The notes beneath the pieces were generated by a model. The model saw only the letters and a list, made by a program, of their open reading frames with translations. It searched no databases and was not told the DNA's origin. A program made the position numbers and the translations under genes. Shown here piece by piece: positions 39,621-53,499 of a DNA stretch of 64,000 nt. Numbering within the stretch: the stretch's first letter is position 1; every line of letters starts with the position of its first letter. The DNA is taken from the NCBI GenBank assembly GCA_012295275.1, contig CM022679.1, positions 9,734,001-9,798,000 on the forward strand, given 5' to 3'. The stretch comes from Chrysomallon squamiferum (taxonomy: Eukaryota; Animalia; Mollusca).

Positions 39621-40992
39621 CTTACTTACTTACTTACTTATTGAAAAAATAAAATGAAAAGGATTGTTTTTAACTTTTACACAACATGAAAACAATTATA
39701 GGCCGACAAAATAAAATGTTCCATAAAGTTGTTTTCTTCATTTATATCTTTTCTTAATCACGAAAATATTTTTGGGTTATGAGAAATTACGAACCAGAAT
39801 TTTGATATCTGCAAACGATAAAATCTTAGGAAAATATTTTGCAAACCGGGAATCACATATCACTTTATATCTATCTCTATATGGTGCTCTGTTCACAGAA
39901 TTAAACACATTTACAAATATATTCTTTAAATATATCGAAAGTATAATTCTTTTACCAGTGAATGTATTAGTAATTTACTGTCCTAGTCTTTTGAAAGGCT
40001 CTTCTTACGACTGAAGTTACAAAGCAATTCTTTTATTTTCAAAGCGAGTGGTTTTCTGTAAATTATATAATTAACTGTAATTTGTTATTCTTTCATATTA
40101 TGCAATCTTTCTTTACGCGTTCTCTATTAACCCCTCTCTTCCTTCTTAACTGTTTTTTTTTCTTCTTTTTCTTTCTTTATTATCTTTTATCTTTTCTTTT
40201 TATGTTTTATCTTAATTCACAGCAGCCCCGCGTGAACAAACAAGCAGAACATAATCCCATTCCTTCTTTTACCGGAAACCCTCGAGAAACGGAAATAGAT
40301 GGCTCCACCGCAGTGGATAAGCCTGAAAGGGGAGACAAACGCTGAGTCTCGCCCTTTTTAATCTGCGCAAGACGATACGGAGTGATTTGAAGGACTGGTG
40401 GCATCCCGTTTAAACTTTTAATTATACGTTGGATTTAAAAAGAGCGACCGCTTCGCTGGAAGGACGTTAAAAGTGTGTTAATGTTGAAGCTGAAATATAC
40501 CGTGTCCTCCAGCTGACTCCATAAATCAAGAGTTAAACAGATTCCCCGTTCTCGAGGGGTGGGACTCTTGATTAGACGGGTGGCAAATTGCAAGACAATT
40601 TACGAGACGGTATCGGTTTCATTGCTGTCAAGTGACAATGATATTGTGATTTTTTTTTTTTTTTTTTTTTGCTGGTGCCATACTGAAAACGAACATAAAA
40701 GTTGACGATATCTTTTTAAAAAAAAAAAAAAAAAAAAAATAATAGAAATGCTGACTGAGATTCTGGGAAATAGTCCCTAAGATGTTAATTTTACTTTATA
40801 TTTTATTCTATTTCTTTGGAATGATTTTTATTTTTTATTTTTTATTATTTTTATTATTATTATTATTTTTTTTTTTTTTTTTTACCGATGATGTTCTTTT
40901 CAGATTTCAAAACCACTGATTTAATATAGTTTTAAGCAAAAACATAATAAAGACAGTCTTATTGTGTTAATTTCAATGTGTGTCTGTGTATG

Positions 40993-41029
<37 letters not shown>

Positions 41030-41054
41030 GTATGTATGTTTATATGTATGTATG

Positions 41055-41088
<34 letters not shown>

Positions 41089-41792
41089 TGTATGTATGTA
41101 TTTATGTAGTTATGTGTACATATATATATACACACACACAAAACACACACACATACACACACGTACATATAATTAGTATTAATGCCACATTTGTTTCACA
41201 ATAAAGGTAATAATTCTGGGTTCCCAGTAATAGAATAAATAAATACAGGAAATGAACGTATCTGCATTTAAAAAAAATATTTTTAAACAATTATTCCTTT
41301 ATCGTTTAAATATCACTTCACTGTAAATAATTCTATTTAAAACACTTGATTTTTGTATCAATTAAAAATAATAATAATAATAATAATTGTATGGGTAAAT
41401 GTTTAATTATTGCAGTTGTTAGTACATTTTCATATTTTTAATTTATTGCTACAAACAAAACAGTTCTGATACAAAGAAGGCTAATCGTGTTTTGCGCATG
41501 AAAAACAAAATATGTCACTAGATGCTCTGAGAAATGAACTGCAATAATTTTACATTTATCCACCCAACCCACGAACCGTTTAAATTATTATTAAAACGTG
41601 GACAATCTTTGATGTAACAAAGGCCTTCAGTAACAGAATACATTTAGAGAGTTAACCTATAAACTGCCTGACACTGAACAGCAAATAAATTAAATTAGCT
41701 GACTCTTTACAGCAGTATCATTCTCCCTTGATACCACTGAAGAAAATGAATTTTTTATTGATATACAGTTTATGTGTATATATATATATGTG

Positions 41793-41842
<50 letters not shown>

Positions 41843-42415
41843 CACACAGTATATCAATAAAAATTCATTTATTTATATGATTAGATGGATACATACATAG
41901 ACAGACAGATATATTGATAATCGAATAAAACATACAAAGCCTACTTATAACTAAAAGAGTTTATTTTTATAGGCGCAACCTAACTAAATTGGTTCTCTAT
42001 TATTAAAAAAACTGTATATAAAACTCTGAAAATTGCAAATATATATAAATATGTGGAAGAATGAAATAAAATAAGAAAATAATTACACTAATAAAGAAAA
42101 GAACTGCGCCACAGTGTTGTGATTATACGTGTTGTTACGTGGTGAAATAAATATCTGATATTTTTGTTCAAATCAAACAAAGCATGAAGTTAGCTAATAA
42201 AAGAATGATTTAAAACACGTTCTTAATGCTGGTGTTCTCTTACGTTATAATTATATATAGATGTACAGATATATATATAAAGTAAAAAAGAATAGAAAAA
42301 AAAAATGATTGTCTCAATTTCTGCAAGACCAGATTATTAACATTTAATTAACTACAATACGGTTTTATTAGTCAAGAGTCAATTACGCCAGCGTTTTGGT
42401 TAATGACAATTGTTT

Positions 42416-42454
<39 letters not shown>

Positions 42455-43023
42455 TTATTTTGCTTTTTTTTTTTTTTTTTATATTTTATTTATTTATACA
42501 TATTTTTGTTTTTATTTCTTTTATTCTTATTTATTTATTCATATCTTTATTTATATTTATTAAATATTTTTGTTATATTTGTTTTTTATCATTATGATTA
42601 TTATTATTATTATTATCATTATTATCATTATTATTATTATCATTATCATTACTATTATTATTATTATTATTATTATTTTATTATTATTATTATATTTATT
42701 TATTTATTTATTTATTTATTTACATAAATGTATTTACTTATATATATTTTAAATGCTGCCCTAAAACACCCATTATAAATTAAAAGGGTTAAAAAGAGTC
42801 TATTAATACCTATCTACCTAGCTACCCGTCAACTCGTAAATTATACTAAAATTACATGGGCTTGTCTAAATATGCGAGTCTCTTTGATTAGCGCGTGTGC
42901 AGGATGTGAGAAAACGGAGATAAGAAAAATAGTTGTAATGTTAACAATAAGAGATGGCGCATTTTATTTCAAAACCGTCTGACTGTTCATTGTCACATAT
43001 CTAGTTTTTATTTATTTATTTAC

Positions 43024-43071
<48 letters not shown>

Positions 43072-43482
43072 TTATTTTATTTTATTTTATTTTTGTTTTA
43101 TTTTGTTTTATTTTGTTTTATTTTTTTTATTTTTATTTTTATTTTTATTTTGTTTGTTTGTTTGTCTGTGTGTCTGTCTGTCTGCTTGTTTGTTTGTTTA
43201 TTTTTCTCTGATGGTTTGAGAGTTCAGTATTTAAAAACACAAGTAATCCTGTGGCTTTCTGCTGTTGGTTTTTCAGTGGATGACTTTTAAAACAGAAACA
43301 ATTTTAGCAACAACTCCTACCTTTTTTATGTCTTGAGCTTAATTACTACTACTGCTACTGCTACTATTAAAACTACTACTACTACTTCCACTATTAATTC
43401 TTCTACTGCTGCTGCTACTGCTCTCGATTTTCTTACCATTATTTTTGTTATCGATATTATATTTATTTATTTATTTATTTAC

Positions 43483-43521
<39 letters not shown>

Positions 43522-43566
43522 TTGTATTTCTTTACATATTCATTTATGTATTGCTTGTATTTTTTT

Positions 43567-43605
<39 letters not shown>

Positions 43606-45194
43606 TACGGTATTAAATATTTATAAATATAAATTTAATATAACAGGTATAAACATAATGTCGTCTGTACACAATAAACACACGGACGAAAGGACGGACA
43701 GTGTAAACACGAACCTGAACTCGAGATTCCACGAGATCTAGTTTCAGCGCGAGCGCTTCCCGCATGAAGACGTCGGGGTAGTGGCTGTCTTGGAACGCCT
43801 TCTCCAGCTCCTCCAGCTGCCACCCCGTGAAGTTGGTGCGTGTACGACGTCGTTTCACGGACTGACTGTCTTTGCCGTCGTCCTTGAGGTCTGCACAAAA
43901 CATAATTTTAATTATAACAACAGTAAAACACTTACATCTAATTTAGACAATTTTTGTTTTTTTGTTTTGTTTGTTGTTATTTTTGTTTATTTATTTGTTT
44001 ATTTGTTTGTTTGTTTGTTTGTTTATTTATTTATTATTAAAATAAGTAGTAGTAGTAGTAGTTGTTGTTGTAGTAGGAGTTCTAGCAGTTGTAGTAACAG
44101 TAATAGTAATGGTAGTAGTAGTATTGATTTAAATTATTTCTACATGCTATATAATTTATTTCCCTTAAAGTTGTGAAAATACGTAAATAAATAAACAAAC
44201 AAACAAATAAATAAATAGTTAAATATATAAATAAATAATCAAACAAACAAACAAACAAACAATAAATAAATAAATAAATAAATAACAACAACAATAATCT
44301 AAACATTATTTTATATATATAATATTAAATTTTATAGTGTCAATAAATGGTCAACATATTTCTTGTATTTTTCTGTCTTCTAATATGTGTGTATTTTATT
44401 TCTCTTATTTATTTATTCATTTATTTATCTATTTATTTATTTTATTTTATTTTATTATTTTAAACACTATCCCAAAACATTTGTTTCTATATATATATAT
44501 GTGTTTGTTTGTTTGTTTGTTTGTTTACTGAAACTGATATTTAAAATAGTTTATCCAAAATGTATTTTCTAAATGAAATTATTTATAATGTTTAATGCTG
44601 TTTTATTCATCAGAGATGATTTCCATTTTTAAAATAATATTCTATTAATACACAAATCTAATTCACAAAATACAAAATGAAATTATTATTATTATTATTA
44701 TTATTTCGTTCTTTTGTTTATACTTTGTTTTATAGTATGATAAATGTATGTAAGTATTAAATAATAATTTTTATAACACGTGTCAGATATATAAAATAAT
44801 TTGATTAAAATAAGATATCAGAATGTTAACACATTTATTACTGTTATTATTTCGTGTACAGCTATTTATATATACTATATTTTGTTATATTACTCTGAAT
44901 AAAACATTGCCATTAATAATATAACAAATATAGATCTATATATATATGCACAAAAAGCTACAATATTTTAATTTTAAATAAAGCAACATAATTATAATAG
45001 TATCTCAAATAATGTTATTAGAATAAGAAAAAAAGACCTCATAAAAATTTGTATAATTTATTTGTGTTCTTAAAAATAGATATTTAATAGGAAAAAATAG
45101 TATTTGTAATTTTATTTGAAAAACAACAAATAAATAAATAAATATTTAATATTATTTAATAATAATAAAAATAATTATAGCAATAATAATATTA

Positions 45195-45228
<34 letters not shown>

Positions 45229-45925
45229 TAAATAATAATAATAATAATAATAATAGTAATGATAATAATACTATCAGTAATAATAATAATAATAACTTTA
45301 AGTGAGTATTTATTTTTATTTTTAATTTAATTATTAAAGTAAATATTCAATAATAAACATATTTAAGAAAAAAACACCTCTTTTTAAAATTTATAAACTG
45401 TATACTTAAATTCTGTCCTAACTGTACACATAAAATTCAGATTAAAATTCTATTTTAAAAATCACACATTTAAAACTGCACATTAAATTTCTGCATCAAA
45501 TTTCATATTTTAAAATTCTATACTGAAATTTCACAACAAAATTCCCTAAATTAACTATCTATGCAATATTTACACTAAATTTTACCTCGTATTTTCGAAT
45601 CATCGAACCTTCCTGGACTGTCGTTGTCAGACGGCGAGAGGCTTCGAGAATGAGGCCGGCGAGAACAAGAAGAAGACGATGTTAGTATTTTGTCCACAGA
45701 AAAATTCAGATGACTTGCGTGGTAGTAGTTGGGGTTGACGCTGCAGTCCAGCGCGTCAATCTGCTCCCCCGCGGGAGACCCCAGGGAGCCGAAGTGTCCG
45801 GCAAAATGCGGGTAGGCCGCCAATGTTGATATCGCCGCATAGCTTCTCGGATACGAAGCCTCTAGGTAATTCATTTGAGCATTCAGCGCCTCCAAATTGA
45901 CATGGTGGGAAATATTCGTTAACAT
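31554..45925 (-). CDS. unc-4: Homeobox protein unc-4 homolog (Uncx, PRD class Q50), whole gene span. Exons 45925-45586, 43890-43715, 32384-(31702 or 31554). About 400-450 aa after frame repair
   Basis: Homeodomain [46 protein letters not shown]|[12 protein letters not shown] is followed by the Uncx-diagnostic [24 protein letters not shown]. Also has eh1 motifs and the C-terminal [19 protein letters not shown] block typical of invertebrate UNC-4. The intron sits at the classic PRD-class Q|VWFQN position. Confidence 0.96.
31702..32384 (-). CDS. unc-4: unc-4/Uncx exon 3 ([10 protein letters not shown], Uncx box, coiled coil, eh1 FSIDSIL 31945-31965, [13 protein letters not shown] block 31876-31935). 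Frame break at 32315-32319; the true stop may be 31554
   Basis: Acceptor TTATTCGCAG|32384. ORF 32157..32384 supplies [22 protein letters not shown] and ORF 31702..32382 supplies [14 protein letters not shown] onward. Confidence 0.93.
41744..41870. repeat. Inverted repeat (~40-bp arms) flanking an (AT)n tract
   Basis: Left arm AAATGAATTTTTTATTGATATACAGTTTATGTGTATATA vs reverse complement of right arm AAATGAATTTTTATTGATATACTGTGTGTCTGTATATA. Confidence 0.8.
43715..43890 (-). CDS. unc-4: unc-4/Uncx exon 2 (homeodomain up to ...VESRVQ)
   Basis: Acceptor TTTTGTGCAG|43890, donor CAG|GTTCGT after 43715; lies within ORF 43613..43903. Confidence 0.96.
45586..45925 (-). CDS. unc-4: unc-4/Uncx exon 1 (MLTNISHH...NFSVDKIL...DSKIR), N-terminal eh1 at 45683-45703
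   Basis: First in-frame ATG is at 45925 in ACC-ATG context. Donor CGAG|GTAAAA after 45586; phase 1 matches exon 2 (G+AC=Asp). Confidence 0.85.
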
Positions 45926-46731
45926 GGTTACCAAAAACTTTTTAGTTATCTGTGACAAAATTTATTGGGGACATCGTTCTATGAAGAAATCAGGGAGCAT
46001 TAAGTACACGGATCCGCCAATGGTGTTGCCAGAAATTTTTGACCTGGATCCAAAAGGGCGTGTTTTTTTGGATAAAAGCGAGCTCTGGCTCCTCCTACTC
46101 CTGCTACTGCTCGGCGAAAAAAAAAAAAAAAAAAAAAAAAAAAAGACGAGCAACGCCAGATTATTGGAAACAAAGGACGAATAAAAACTTGTGTTGTATG
46201 ATTAATGTGACGTTAACAGACGTGGAGGAAGAAAACACGGCAGATATTCCCGCAGGCTCTTTTTCTGCTCCATTAATAGATTTCTGAACAGAGTTGTCAA
46301 AGAAAGTCACTTCTAGATCAATACGGTGTGCAACGGAAAAATCAACAACAGGACTAATTGACGAATTAGGATCACGGTTACAAGTTTTTGCAATAAACCT
46401 CTCCTCGACAGATTGATCAATTTTCAACACGTGTTTATCAAAACGACAAGTAAATTAAGAAAAGACCGCCTGCTCTGGACCTCTTTGTCGAGAGAGGGTG
46501 GGTGGGTCTACAAGAAATACGCTGGAATAAAGAAAGCAAATAAAAAAAAAAAAAGCAGAGGAAGTGAAAAGGAATAGATCAGAAAGAAAAACGTTTTACC
46601 GGCAAAGCCAGAGAAGAGAGCCCAGGGCTAAAAAAACCTAGTGTAAAAGACTCGAAAATCGGCGCCTCCGCAGATCACTTTAACGTAAACAATTGTTCAA
46701 TGCAATAAAATATACCCAGAGGGCAAAAATG

Positions 46732-46763
<32 letters not shown>

Positions 46764-47100
46764 AAAGCGAAGAAGAACAAGAAGAGAGGATCGTATACTT
46801 TCTAAAGTGGAAGACGTTGCTGTTATCTGGTTCGCCTTTCTTAGGGCGGATCTGATGAATCTGGGGAAAAAAAAAAAAGAAAAACACTCAGGCCTAATTG
46901 AATCTTGTTTACAGAAAGCACAGAACTGTTGCGGTTAAAAAGAGCATCTCCTCCGCCATTTAATTAGCTATGTTAGTAAGTAAGCAGTCAGGGCTCATTG
47001 GTCACGTGTTGGTGAGCGCACGAAAACTCTCCAGTCAGACTAAACAGCTGCAGGGTAAACTGCTAAACTGACACAGAAATCATCAAACTGCTCAGATAAA
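45926..47100 (-). promoter_or_regulatory. Candidate 5'UTR and proximal promoter region of unc-4
   Basis: CpG-containing, microsatellite-poor block directly upstream of the ATG. CCAAT on the - strand at 46997-47001 sits next to E-box CACGTG 47003-47008; YY1-like CCGCCATTT at 46953-46961. The TSS cannot be determined. Confidence 0.5.
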
Positions 47101-48160
47101 CATCTCTCTAATACCTACATATATATATATATATATATTTAACTATATGAAGACAAAAAAAAAAGAAGGAGAATATAAAAGATGCACTTTTAACATACGT
47201 TTATATGCATATTTGTGTGTGTGTGTGTGTGTGTTTTGTGTTCATGGATGGATGGATGCTTGTATGTATATACATACGTATATATGAAAATGAATTAACA
47301 AATATTTCATTTGCTGATCCAAATGATTTTGGGTATAATATATGAGTGTACATTTAATATTATAAAAATCGAAAATATCCGGTGTATCATCTGCGTTGTT
47401 TGCGAATGAAAAAAAACATAGGAAATTATAAATAAATAAATAAATAAATAATAACTAAATAAACAAACAATTAAATAAATAAAAATAATTAAATAAACAA
47501 ACAAGCAAACAGACAAACAAATAAGCAAACAAACAACCAACCAAATAAACAAACAAACAAACAAATAAATAAATAAGTAAATAAACAAACAAATTAATAA
47601 ATAAAATTAAACAAACAAATAAACACACAAACAAACAAACAAACAAACAAATAAACAAAAATAAAATAAAATAAACGACAAATTTGCTGAGTTCATCTTC
47701 TTTAAATAAAAAAAAAAAAAAAAAGAAGGAAAAAAAAAAAAAAAAGAACAAAAAAGGAAAAGAAAATAGAAATGAAAACCCAACACATTTCAGTGACGTG
47801 ATGCGTGGTTGGATATAATTACAGGAGTTCGTAATGGTGACAGTCTCCATTGTGTACGACGCAAAAAAAAAAAAAGAAAAAGAAAAGAAAAAACTTTCAC
47901 TTTTATAGAAATATTGCTTGAAACGATCAAATAAATAACTAACAACTGCTGAACAAACTTAATAAAATATTAAGTGGGGATTTTTAGTATGAGACTGTAT
48001 AACACATTGTGTGTATAGGACCTCAGCAGTTTGTCAACGTAGACACGAATTATTCGTCTGTTAAACATTTCATAAACCTTTTTAATTAATGGTTGTGAAG
48101 TGTGCTCGTTTATATTTAATAAAAATATAAATGGATGTATTATAAATTATATATATATAT

Positions 48161-48242
<82 letters not shown>

Positions 48243-48500
48243 ACGTTTTGAAACTGAATGGTGTCGTTTACCTGTTTGTTTTATTCAATGTTATTTAATA
48301 TATAGATTTTTCTTTTCTTTCTTTTGTTTTCTCTTCCTTTCTTTCTTCCTTTTCAAGGTTTTATTTTAAATATATTATTTTATTTTGATTATCTTTATAA
48401 TTTATAATTTTTAACCTGACAGATTTTCAATTTCTGAATTAAAAAAAAAAAAAAAAGATAAAGGTTTTACCTATTCCCCAACAATATAAACATGCCATTC

Positions 48501-48830
48501 TTAAAATGTATGTTTGATGATACGAAAATATAGTCTAAATATATTCTACCTATTTCCTGGTTGTTTTATTTATTTTTTACCGGTCCAAACTTAAACTCAC
48601 AACGAATTTATTAACAAAAGGTTACTTTAAAAATATCAATATTATGTACGTGATGACGTCACTACTCCAGATATTATAGGTTTAAATGGCAGCGTTCAAA
48701 TGTTTTGTAGCAATACAATTTTATTATCATACTTGTTATTAACAATCACAGATCGACTAAAACAATAAGATAATGAATGGAAGTGTACCAAAATTTATTA
48801 TGCAATTTTACTAACACAGATACACTTTAA
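48501..48830 (+). mobile_element. TTAA-ended MITE, copy 3 (330 bp, both ends present)
   Basis: Imperfect terminal inverted repeats TTAAAATGTAT.../...ATACACTTTAA; no ORF; similar to copies at 3536-4011 and 5050-5300. Confidence 0.65.
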
Positions 48831-50196
48831 GAAATACAAAATCGTTTTTGTGAATATGTATTAAAAATCTTGAAATATACTGGTTTCTATGAAAGCGTGA
48901 TTTCATTTAGTTTAACTCAAAATTTTAAAGCATTTTTTTTTATTTTTTTTTATTTTTCTACCAGGGACCACGATGAAAATAGAACCCATAAATACAATTT
49001 TAATATCTCACAAATATTAAAAAAATTAAATATCGCTAATTTCAAATAACAAAACTGATTTGTGTTTTTCAGTTTTAGCATTTCAATATCTAAACGACAC
49101 CATCTCGTAACTGGATTGCCAACGATTTTTTATATTTTTTATTATACATAGGTAATGAATTGTCACTGACTGCATTACTTTGAAACATCACAAGATTGTT
49201 TTCAGTCGCCAATTTATTCTTCATCATTTGTCTCAGGTCTGATAATCCTTTATCTTGCCAATGACCGAGAGCACTGGAACATCAAACAGATAGCAAAAGC
49301 TGGTCACACAAATTCCAATTGATGTTCTTATTACATACGTAAACGAATTACAAATACGAAACACACACAGAGAGAGAGAGAGACAACACTCGTTTTCTCC
49401 TCGCATATTTTTATCATCTGATTGACAGTGATGCATGGGCCATCTCAATCAAGTCAACCGTTTCATAGTGTCTATCTCACAACTCTGCTGTCTTCATTTG
49501 CTATCAGTCCAGATTGGCGACAGATAGTTTACTTATTATTTATTTATTATAAAATTATACAGATAGATATAGAATTACCTTTCCTTTTTATCAGATCTCG
49601 GGATCGAGAGAGATTGAAATGTAGCGAGGTCGTTCTGTAGTTCATTTCCTAACGTACTGCGATTTTTTCCCTGTGTACTTCTTCACCTTAATCTTAATTT
49701 GTTGTAATAATAATAAATTGCAGCTTAAGTTTATTTAGTTAACGTCCAAAGTTATTATCTTAGCAAAAATTTGGCTAATGTTAAAGTGTGACTTTTATCT
49801 GTTTGTTTTTAGGGTTCAATACAAAAACCCTTACGTCATTAAGAAATAAAAAAATAAAAAATCGAAAAATCTACACTTCTTTCTGAGCTCGTTATTTCGA
49901 TGTACTTTATTATCAGTAAAGTTTGATGTCTGATAAATAAATTATACAATCATTCGGAGGTGTATAACGTGTAATTTGTCGGTATCGGTAGAAAAGTGCC
50001 TTACATTATAATTAATGTAGTGATCGTAAATCTATTTATTTTATATTAAAGTAAATCTGAAAAAAAAAAAAAAAAACACCGAGTTTTTCAATAGCAGATC
50101 GCCAACATGAAGACTGAAAAACACACAGGATTATACTCAATTGCAACAGTTGCAGTATAAGCAACGCATATCAATGTTATAACGTAGCAACAGATG

Positions 50197-50232
<36 letters not shown>

Positions 50233-50872
50233 CGACGTAACTGAACAAGTTCCGATAATATCTAAAACACAAGAATCTCTTCTCCTTTTCTTACTGTTTT
50301 ATTGATATTGGAGGACAAAATTTTTATAATTTTTTTTTTTTTTTTTCTCTTGGACTTTCTTAGATTTCATTTGTTGTTGTTTTGTGTCTGCTAATGGAAA
50401 AGTAACTTAAATTGTGCGGAAAACAATTTTCCTCTTTGATTCATTAACACACTAAGGCTTCTGCGTTAAACGATCGGTAGAAGTGTTCTGTACTTTTCAA
50501 TCTCACACCACATAAACAAGGAAATGAATAGTTTTTCATTAGAATTGTCGGTAATTAAATTGTGTGGCTAAAACAGAAAAAAAAAAGGAAAAAAAGAAGA
50601 AAGAAAATGTGACTGTTTTAGACACAGCAGTACAAATATGTTTGTTAATAAAATAGAATTGTTTTTCACTTTGGATAGCAAGGCCAAACGACTATTGCCT
50701 TAATTATTATAATTCTTATTACTATTTTCTTTTTAATTTGATTAATTTCTTTGTTTTTTATGTTTATTTATTTCTTTATTTCTTTATTTATTTATTTATA
50801 TGCTCGTTTGTTTGTTTATTTGTATATTTATTCATTTATTTGTTTCTTTATTTCTTTATTATTATTATTATT

Positions 50873-50904
<32 letters not shown>

Positions 50905-51377
50905 TATTATTATTGTCTTTTAAATTTTATAATCATCATCATCATCTTTATCATCATCATTATTATTATTTATTGTCTTTTAAATCTTATAATCATCATC
51001 ATCATTATTATTATTTATTTTAAATTTTATTATCATCATCATCATCATCATTATTATTTCACTATTTTATTCTATTTTATTATTTTAAATTATAACCTAT
51101 ACGTATTAATAAAGACAATGTAAAAAAGAAATCTACAGACACTGCAAGCTGCCATCTCAACAGAATCAGCAGCACTAACACACAGAGAAAATGACTTCAC
51201 CGTCAGATTTCCTCACCACACACACCATGTGCGCGCTTCATAACTCGCTTAATGCCCCAGCCCCAGAATCAAAATATTTTGATACCGCCAAATTACTTTG
51301 GTGGATATTTTAAGTGTGTTATTACTAAAGCTTTATTTCCTTGAGTTATTTCTGTTTGAGATGAAAGTTTATAATTG

Positions 51378-51422
<45 letters not shown>

Positions 51423-51964
51423 TCTGCCCCACCTATTACTAAATACACCGATATTTTTAAAAGTGCTTCGCTCATGACACATAAGATATGAACGGGAAAT
51501 TTTTTTTTTTTACATTAAGTTATTGAAAATAAAAAATATATTTATAAAAAATATAAAGGCTCTAATTATTAATAAAAATTACTTTGATATACTTTTAGCG
51601 TCAGCGAGCCGTGACATTGTATTGGCTTTTTCTGTTAATGGATCAATGGCGTATAAGAGCTGGGTGTAAAGTCGACTGGTTTTAAATCTGCTGACTTACG
51701 ACATTAAGTGGTGCAGGGTGTTGAAGAAAAAAAACTGTGAATAACTTTCATGTTCTGAATACCTACCAGTGAATAAAAAGAGTTTATCGTGTTGTTGTTG
51801 TTGTTGTTGTTGTTTATTTTATTTTATTATTATGTTATTTTTTTTAAAATTATTTTTGAATCATTATTATTTTTTTTTTTTTTTTTTTTTTTTTTTATTT
51901 ATTATTTTTTTTATTTTCTTTATTTTATTTCATTTTATTTTTTTTATTTTAATTTTGCATGTTT

Positions 51965-52150
51965 TTTAGATAAAACGACAATGAACTATTCTTTAACTTT
52001 ATTCAAAATATAAAAACATAATTTTTTTTTCAGTTTTATTACCATTTTATCAATTAAATAATTATTTTACATTAATTTATACATGTTTTGTTTGAATAAA
52101 ACGACAATGTACATTTTCTTTAACATTATTCAAAATGAAAAACATTTTTT
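51965..52150. repeat. Short direct duplication (~50 bp core, ~127 bp spacing)
   Basis: ATAAAACGACAATG.AC..TTCTTTAAC.TTATTCAAAAT..AAAACAT at ~51970 and ~52097. Confidence 0.7.
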
Positions 52151-52870
52151 TTTTACTATGTAATAATGTTAAACTGTTGTATTATTGTTATTTCATTTCA
52201 TTTAACTTTTTATTTATGCTGTTGTTGTTGTTGTTTTTTGAAAATTAACATTAAAAATTTTTCAACGACATCATCATCAAATCAACACAACAACTTAATA
52301 ATAGTAATAATAATAAATAATAATAATAATAATAATAATAATTTAAATAATATTAATCTTAATAATAATAATGATAATGATAATAGTAACAGTAAAAATA
52401 AAGGTAATATTGAAATAGTAATAATAATAATAATAATAATATCAATAATAATAATAATGATGATAATGATGCGATGACAAAATTTATAATAATAAAAATA
52501 AGAAATTGTTTTGATGTGTGGGGTTTTTTTTGTAAAAACATACACTCATTTCATTTGTAATAACCGCAATTTCAGTACTAAATTCGAAAAATCAAATCAC
52601 TGGTGCTGATAAAAATAGCCTTGCCTTTTAAAAAAAAAAAATTAATCGACCGTTTCAAGCAATATTTGAACTGCTTACAATATCAGAAGATAATTGAGAG
52701 CGCAGTCAGTCTATTAAGTTAACAACTCCTGAATGTAAAAAAAAATATAAATTGGCCTTCTCAAGTGTTTTGTAATAGTGTAATTTTATTATCGTATTTT
52801 ATTTTATTAGCATTACCTGATCGCTGATAACAAATAAAATATCGAGAAACTATTAATATATATATATATG

Positions 52871-52911
<41 letters not shown>

Positions 52912-53035
52912 TTATATTTACTGAAAAAACCCTCCTCAAAACAATTTCTTAATTTTATTATCATTTTCGTCATCATCATCATTATCATTTTCGTCATAAT
53001 CATCATTATCATTTTCATCATCATCATCATCAAAA

Positions 53036-53093
<58 letters not shown>

Positions 53094-53499
53094 CGTTGTA
53101 TTTGTCACTGATGATGATGATGATAATGTTGTTGTTTATTTTTCTTTTTTAATGTGTATTTTTAAATTTTCCTTTCAGTGGCGTCCAAAATCATAAACTA
53201 GCTGCAATGGTTAATGGTGTTAGATAAATGAGCCGATATTGATGTTAGAGTCAAATCCCACACTGAACCCTCATTACATCATAACATTACACTGCAGATC
53301 TTCTGCATGAACAATATATTCATACACAGCTTACAAGAAAACAAATAAGTAGACAAGGAAACCGCTGAAGAGGATTTATACAAATAATATTAATGTACCG
53401 GACTATTTACACACTGTGTGAATGTATGTGTCTGTGTGTACATATGTATATATATATATATATATCTATATATATATATATATACACATATAGATATAT

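Noticed and set aside
31554-45925. unc-4 or the NWD gene as pseudogenes
   Set aside because: Splice sites, homeodomain, eh1 and Walker motifs are intact and the repaired frames have no nonsense codons. The lesions look like sequencing indels, although raw reads are needed to exclude real alleles.
45897-46430. ORFs upstream of or antisense to unc-4 exon 1, including the TTG-started extension to 45958
   Set aside because: They cross a poly-A/T run, use non-ATG starts or lack coding features; treated as 5'UTR or promoter.
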